From Bdellovibrionales bacterium (GTDB taxonomy: Bacteria > Bdellovibrionota > Bdellovibrionia > Bdellovibrionales > JAGQZY01), in NCBI GenBank assembly GCA_964230645.1, contig CAXRHT010000003.1, positions 480,001 to 544,000 of the forward strand: DNA of 64,000 bases. The letters run 5' to 3'. Shown in pieces: positions 60,184 to 64,000 of this stretch. Below the pieces are notes generated by a model, which made no database searches, was not told where the DNA came from, and saw only the letters and a list, made by a program, of their open reading frames with translations. Position 1 is the first letter of the stretch, and each line of letters opens with the position of its first letter. The position numbers were made by a program, and so were the translations under genes.

Positions 60184-60922
60184 ATGCTAGAGACAAAATG
60201 GCTTTATAAATAAGGCGGCTGGCGGCAACAAAAAGAGCGATACTGAAAATCCAACGAAAGGTTCTTTCTTGAATGCGGTGAAGAATAAATATTCCTGATT
60301 TTGTTCCCAGAATTACGGCCACAATCATACAAAGAGTTAAAAGCCAGTGATCAACATAGTTAAAGCCAAGGTAGAGAAAAGCCGGCACTTTTAAAAGGTG
60401 GCCAATGGTTTGAATGGCGGCCTTGGTTCCAACAATTTGTTCTTTTCTCAAATCGTCTCTGAGTAAAAAGGGTGCGAGCAGGGGGCCTGACGCTCCTATA
60501 ATGGGATTGAGCACTCCCATTACAAAACCAAGAATTCCAAAAGACCAATAGGGGAGCATAAGAGTCGGGAGTTTTTTTGGCTTAAACAGAACGTAGAGAA
60601 TTAAAGCGGCAATGAGAAAATAAAAATACTCTCTTTGAGGAATGTTCTGGATAATTTGGGTGGCGACAAAAGTCCCTAAAACTAAACCCAATGTAGCAGG
60701 GATGAGAATTCTTGGCTCCACCTCTCGTCTGAGACTCAAAGACCTTGTGGAATTTGAGGCCAGTTGCACAAGCCCATGCACTGGAACGATGACCCGCAAA
60801 TCCAGAAAAAAAGTCATAAGACTTAAGAGGAGGATTCCACCGCCCATACCGATAACCGCTGAAATACCAGCTGTTAGAAAGGAGGCTATAAAAAGAAACA
60901 GATAAATTATCCAGGCCGACAC
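60182..60922 (-). CDS. Sulfite exporter TauE/SafE (TSUP) family membrane protein
   Basis: SAVIGMGGGILL, GASGPLLAP, multiple TM helices. Confidence 0.88.
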   Translation of the reverse strand: MSAWIIYLFLFIASFLTAGISAVIGMGGGILLLSLMTFFLDLRVIVPVHGLVQLASNSTRSLSLRREVEPRILIPATLGLVLGTFVATQIIQNIPQREYFYFLIAALILYVLFKPKKLPTLMLPYWSFGILGFVMGVLNPIIGASGPLLAPFLLRDDLRKEQIVGTKAAIQTIGHLLKVPAFLYLGFNYVDHWLLTLCMIVAVILGTKSGIFILHRIQERTFRWIFSIALFVAASRLIYKAILSLA

Positions 60923-61040
60923 TTATTCTTATCTTATAGACAGGAAGTAGGTTTTTCAAGAATGAGAAAGGCGGCAGGCATGGGGAGTAGAGTGAAAATG
61001 AAGATCGCTCCATATTGTCCGTATTGTTATTCCAAACGGA

Positions 61041-61223
61041 GCACTGTCCTTCTAGGTGTAGCACTGTCCTTTAGAGCGAAGCACTGTCATTCTGAGTAAA
61101 CCACTGTCATTCTGAGCGAAGCGAAGAATCTATCACCACTGAGTTCACGTTACCAATCAAAATCCTCGTCAATAGGTCCTTCGCTACGCTCAGGATGACG
61201 GACTCCTCCGCTCAGGATGACAG
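61041..61223. repeat. REP-like palindromic element, same family as 43689-43931
   Basis: Four 20-bp left-arm copies (61041, 61061, 61081, 61101) ending in gtcattctgagcgaagcgaagaatct; right arms aggtccttcgctacgctcaggatgac and cgctcaggatgacag. Confidence 0.85.
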
Positions 61224-61243
61224 GGAGACATTTCAAGTTAAAG

Positions 61244-61273
61244 AAAAAGCGGCCATTGCTAGCAATGACCGCT
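61244..61273 (-). terminator. Intrinsic terminator
   Basis: agcggccattgc/gcaatgaccgct stem with an A5 tract on the left (U-tract on the minus strand). Confidence 0.75.
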
Positions 61274-61295
61274 GGAAGGCAAAAACCTTTAAGAA

Positions 61296-61994
61296 TTATT
61301 TCTTGAGGTTTTGAAGGCGAATATTGGTGAATTGATTAAAATTGATTCGGTATTCACATTCGTTCAATCTCATCCCAGGAAATTCAAAGTGGCCAGGTTT
61401 TGGTGAGTAGGAACGACATTCCAAATATAGGGCGGGTATAAAGCTGATCTGGTCAAAGTTAAGCTTTTTAGAAAGTACATATGGAATCGTCGCTTGAACG
61501 CTCCCGCCGCTGTAATCTAAAACTGTGGCTCCTTCGATGCGAATTCTGCTAATGACCTTATTTTCGGGGGATGTGTTTCGATCACAATCGAAAATGACAA
61601 GTGATACTTCCAGTTGGTCAGCCACTTCAAAAGACTTGTGGCAAAAAGGAGTGCCAGAACCACCTGTTACGATACTGCCTCCATTACCCCCTGGAGTTTT
61701 GTCAAAAATCTCTTCAATATTTATAGATTCGTAAAAGCTTGCTAGTGCCATTCGGGACTTCTGGCCCAGTTGTTCTCTGTTCGTCCACCAACTCGCGATG
61801 AATATTTCGTTCTCTAAATCCACAACAACGGAGTCGGTTTCAAGCTCCTTAGGAGTCAGACGACCGAAAATTGCCTTGGGAATTCCAACACTGTCTGGTT
61901 CCATAAAAATGATCTCTTCAGGCTCAGCACTTGGCTGAGCCCAAGCTTGTGTCACCATTAGGATTGAAAAGATGAGTAAAGTGAGTTGTTTCAT
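61296..61994 (-). CDS. Secreted hypothetical protein
   Basis: AAGGAG RBS before MKQLTLL; signal peptide AWA|Q; 4 Cys. Confidence 0.75.
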   Translation of the reverse strand: MKQLTLLIFSILMVTQAWAQPSAEPEEIIFMEPDSVGIPKAIFGRLTPKELETDSVVVDLENEIFIASWWTNREQLGQKSRMALASFYESINIEEIFDKTPGGNGGSIVTGGSGTPFCHKSFEVADQLEVSLVIFDCDRNTSPENKVISRIRIEGATVLDYSGGSVQATIPYVLSKKLNFDQISFIPALYLECRSYSPKPGHFEFPGMRLNECEYRINFNQFTNIRLQNLKK

Positions 61995-62162
61995 GTATTG
62001 CTCCTTTAAAAAAGTGTTCATTGCGCCCATTTAGCAGCTGTGATCCCAAAAATTCAAATTCCAAATGGATATGTCTGTATTCCATGCTAGAATAGCCTCT
62101 AGACTCAAAATAAGGCTGTTTAACCCCTTTTCAAGTCGGTCCCTCAGTGATAAGGAATTTTC

Positions 62163-63185
62163 ATGAAGTACGTGTTGGCCATTGAAACAAGTTGTGATGA
62201 CACCTCGGTGGCAATTTTAAATGAGAACAGAGAAGTTTTGACCTGTCTTGTGGCAAGCCAAGACCTTGCTCACAAACCTTTCGGTGGTGTCGTTCCTGAA
62301 ATTGCTAGTCGCAATCACACCGCCAATATCCTCCCCTTGGTGGAAGAAGCTTTTGTAAAAACCGGAATTAAATGGAGTGATCTTCTAGGAATAGCAGCCA
62401 CCAATCGACCCGGTCTTGTCGGCTCTCTGATCGTTGGCCTTGTGACGGCCAAAACTCTTGCGCTTGCAAAAGACATCCCATTTCTTGGAGTGCACCATAT
62501 TGAAGGTCACATTATGGCTCCTTTTTTGGTGGATCAAACCTATAAGGGTGCGGATTTTTACCAAGAAAAATTTGTGGCTTTGATTGTCAGTGGGGGTCAC
62601 ACTCAGATCTATCAAGTGAATGGTTTCTCAAATTATGACTGTCTTGGCCAAACCATTGATGATGCTGCCGGAGAAGCTTTTGATAAATTCGCAAAGATGG
62701 TGGGGCTGCCTTATCCCGGAGGGGTGCAGGTGGATAAAAGAGCCGCTTCCGGAGACCCGAAAAAATTCTCGTTCCCAAGACCCTTAAAAAGAGAGGATCA
62801 CCTCAACCTTAGTTTTTCAGGTTTAAAATCTGCCGCACAAAGAATGATCGAAAAAATGAGTTCCGAAGAAGTCGAGAGTCAAATGGAAGATCTGTGTGCT
62901 TCCTACCAAGCCGCCGTAGTGGACTGCTTAGTGACAAAGCTTGAAAAAGCTGTGGATAAAACAGGGACGACAAACCTTATTGTCAGTGGAGGAGTCAGTG
63001 CTAACAGTCTTCTCAGGAAAGAAGTGGAAGACCTAGCTCAGCGTAAAAACTTAAAATTAGCTCTCCCACCCCTAAGGTATTGTACCGACAATGCGGCGAT
63101 GATTGGTCTTGCAGCTCTTTTGCGTTTCAAGCAAGGTGAGTCCTCTGAGCAAAATTTGGCCCCTCAACCTAGAGCCGCTTTATGA
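62163..63185 (+). CDS. tsaD: tRNA t6A37 threonylcarbamoyltransferase TsaD
   Basis: AIETSCDDT, GGVVPEIASRNH, HHIEGH, SGGHT, DDAAGEAFDK, GGVSAN, CTDNAAMI. Confidence 0.97.
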   Translation: MKYVLAIETSCDDTSVAILNENREVLTCLVASQDLAHKPFGGVVPEIASRNHTANILPLVEEAFVKTGIKWSDLLGIAATNRPGLVGSLIVGLVTAKTLALAKDIPFLGVHHIEGHIMAPFLVDQTYKGADFYQEKFVALIVSGGHTQIYQVNGFSNYDCLGQTIDDAAGEAFDKFAKMVGLPYPGGVQVDKRAASGDPKKFSFPRPLKREDHLNLSFSGLKSAAQRMIEKMSSEEVESQMEDLCASYQAAVVDCLVTKLEKAVDKTGTTNLIVSGGVSANSLLRKEVEDLAQRKNLKLALPPLRYCTDNAAMIGLAALLRFKQGESSEQNLAPQPRAAL

Positions 63186-64000
63186 GTGAAACATTAAAAC
63201 AAAAGATTCTTTCTCGAATGGAAGAGCTTGGTATCCAACCCAAACGCTCTCTTGGTCAAAACTTTCTAGTGAGTTCTAATGTTGTAAATAAAATTGTTGA
63301 AGCCTCTGAGCCAGAGAAGTTTTATAAAGTTTTTGAAATTGGCCCGGGGCTGGGAGCTCTCACCGATGACCTCAAGGAAAAAAACTCAAACCTCACTTTA
63401 ATAGAGTACGATAGAACTTTTGCCGAATTTTGGCGGTCTCAAGGACTCGATGTGAATGAACTCGATGCTCTAAAAATGCAGTGGCAGGAGATGGCCTGGG
63501 ATGAAGGAAGTTACCTTCTTGTGAGCAATCTTCCCTATCAAATCTCGTCTAGATTGGTTGTTGATCTTTCTACGCAAAACCCATCCTTTGAGCGTATGAC
63601 TTTGATGTTTCAAAAAGAAGTGGCTCAACGGATCCAGGCGCAAGCGGGAACAGCCGAATATGGACTGCTTACAGTGGTGGCCCAAGTGGCTTGGCGCATT
63701 CGCTTGGTGCTTGAGGCAGGGGCTGTTGATTTTATGCCCAAACCCAATGTTGCCAGTCGCGTTCTGCTTTTCGATCGCAGGGAGCCGAGGCTTGAAGGTG
63801 CCGACTACCCCTCTTTTCTCAAATTTTTAAAAATCTGTTTTCAAAACCGTCGCAAAAAGCTACTGCCAAAGCTCACTGGCTACCAAAAAAAGCCGACTTT
63901 AAAAGAGATCTTTACGATTGCAGGACTTAATGAGGACGTCAGAGCGGAAAAACTGGAGCCTGAGCAGTTTCTGCTCCTGTACTTCGCTCTGAAAAAAGAG
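63182..64000 (+). CDS. rsmA: 16S rRNA m6,2A1518/1519 dimethyltransferase RsmA (3'-truncated by the window; absent from the ORF track)
   Basis: ATGA overlap with tsaD; PKRSLGQNFL, EIGPGLGALT, VSNLPYQIS, MFQKEVAQR, FQNRRKKL. Confidence 0.95.
   Translation, partial: MSETLKQKILSRMEELGIQPKRSLGQNFLVSSNVVNKIVEASEPEKFYKVFEIGPGLGALTDDLKEKNSNLTLIEYDRTFAEFWRSQGLDVNELDALKMQWQEMAWDEGSYLLVSNLPYQISSRLVVDLSTQNPSFERMTLMFQKEVAQRIQAQAGTAEYGLLTVVAQVAWRIRLVLEAGAVDFMPKPNVASRVLLFDRREPRLEGADYPSFLKFLKICFQNRRKKLLPKLTGYQKKPTLKEIFTIAGLNEDVRAEKLEPEQFLLLYFALKKE

Noticed and set aside
60582..61064. 160-aa minus-strand ORF and its overlaps
   Set aside because: Out of frame with the well-supported TauE/SafE gene and starts within the repeat element.

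Overview
Bacterial genomic DNA. The gene content (DUF2802, rsmD next to aspC, pal-cpoB, tsaD-rsmA, many orphan secreted or lipoprotein genes) suggests a Bdellovibrionota-like organism, which is an inference. Housekeeping blocks flank two accessory regions. (1) A 28.9-kb ORF (11410-40296) encodes a 9,628-aa probable lipoprotein adhesin. It has about 78 Cys-pair Ig-like (ASH/choice-of-anchor D-like) domains, 49 of them in a 7-domain, 2,415-bp higher-order repeat, and is followed by a small secreted protein, a CxxC-less DsbA-like lipoprotein and a small beta-barrel. (2) A six-gene operon (51641-60128) is bounded by a sigma54-type promoter and a terminator, and all products carry export signals: a small Cys/Gly-rich protein, two tandem paralogous Hint-domain proteins lacking the intein-type terminal Asn, a divergent subtilase lipoprotein, a membrane-anchored helical protein, and a MACPF/CDC-like + LRR + Kelch protein. 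This operon is the best candidate for an undescribed system. Also present: a ~250-bp palindromic element between rsmD and aspC, two REP-like elements with tandemly amplified arms, and a peptidase-propeller-Omp85 fusion. No rRNA, tRNA, CRISPR or transposase was seen. All family assignments come from reading motifs by eye, not database searches.
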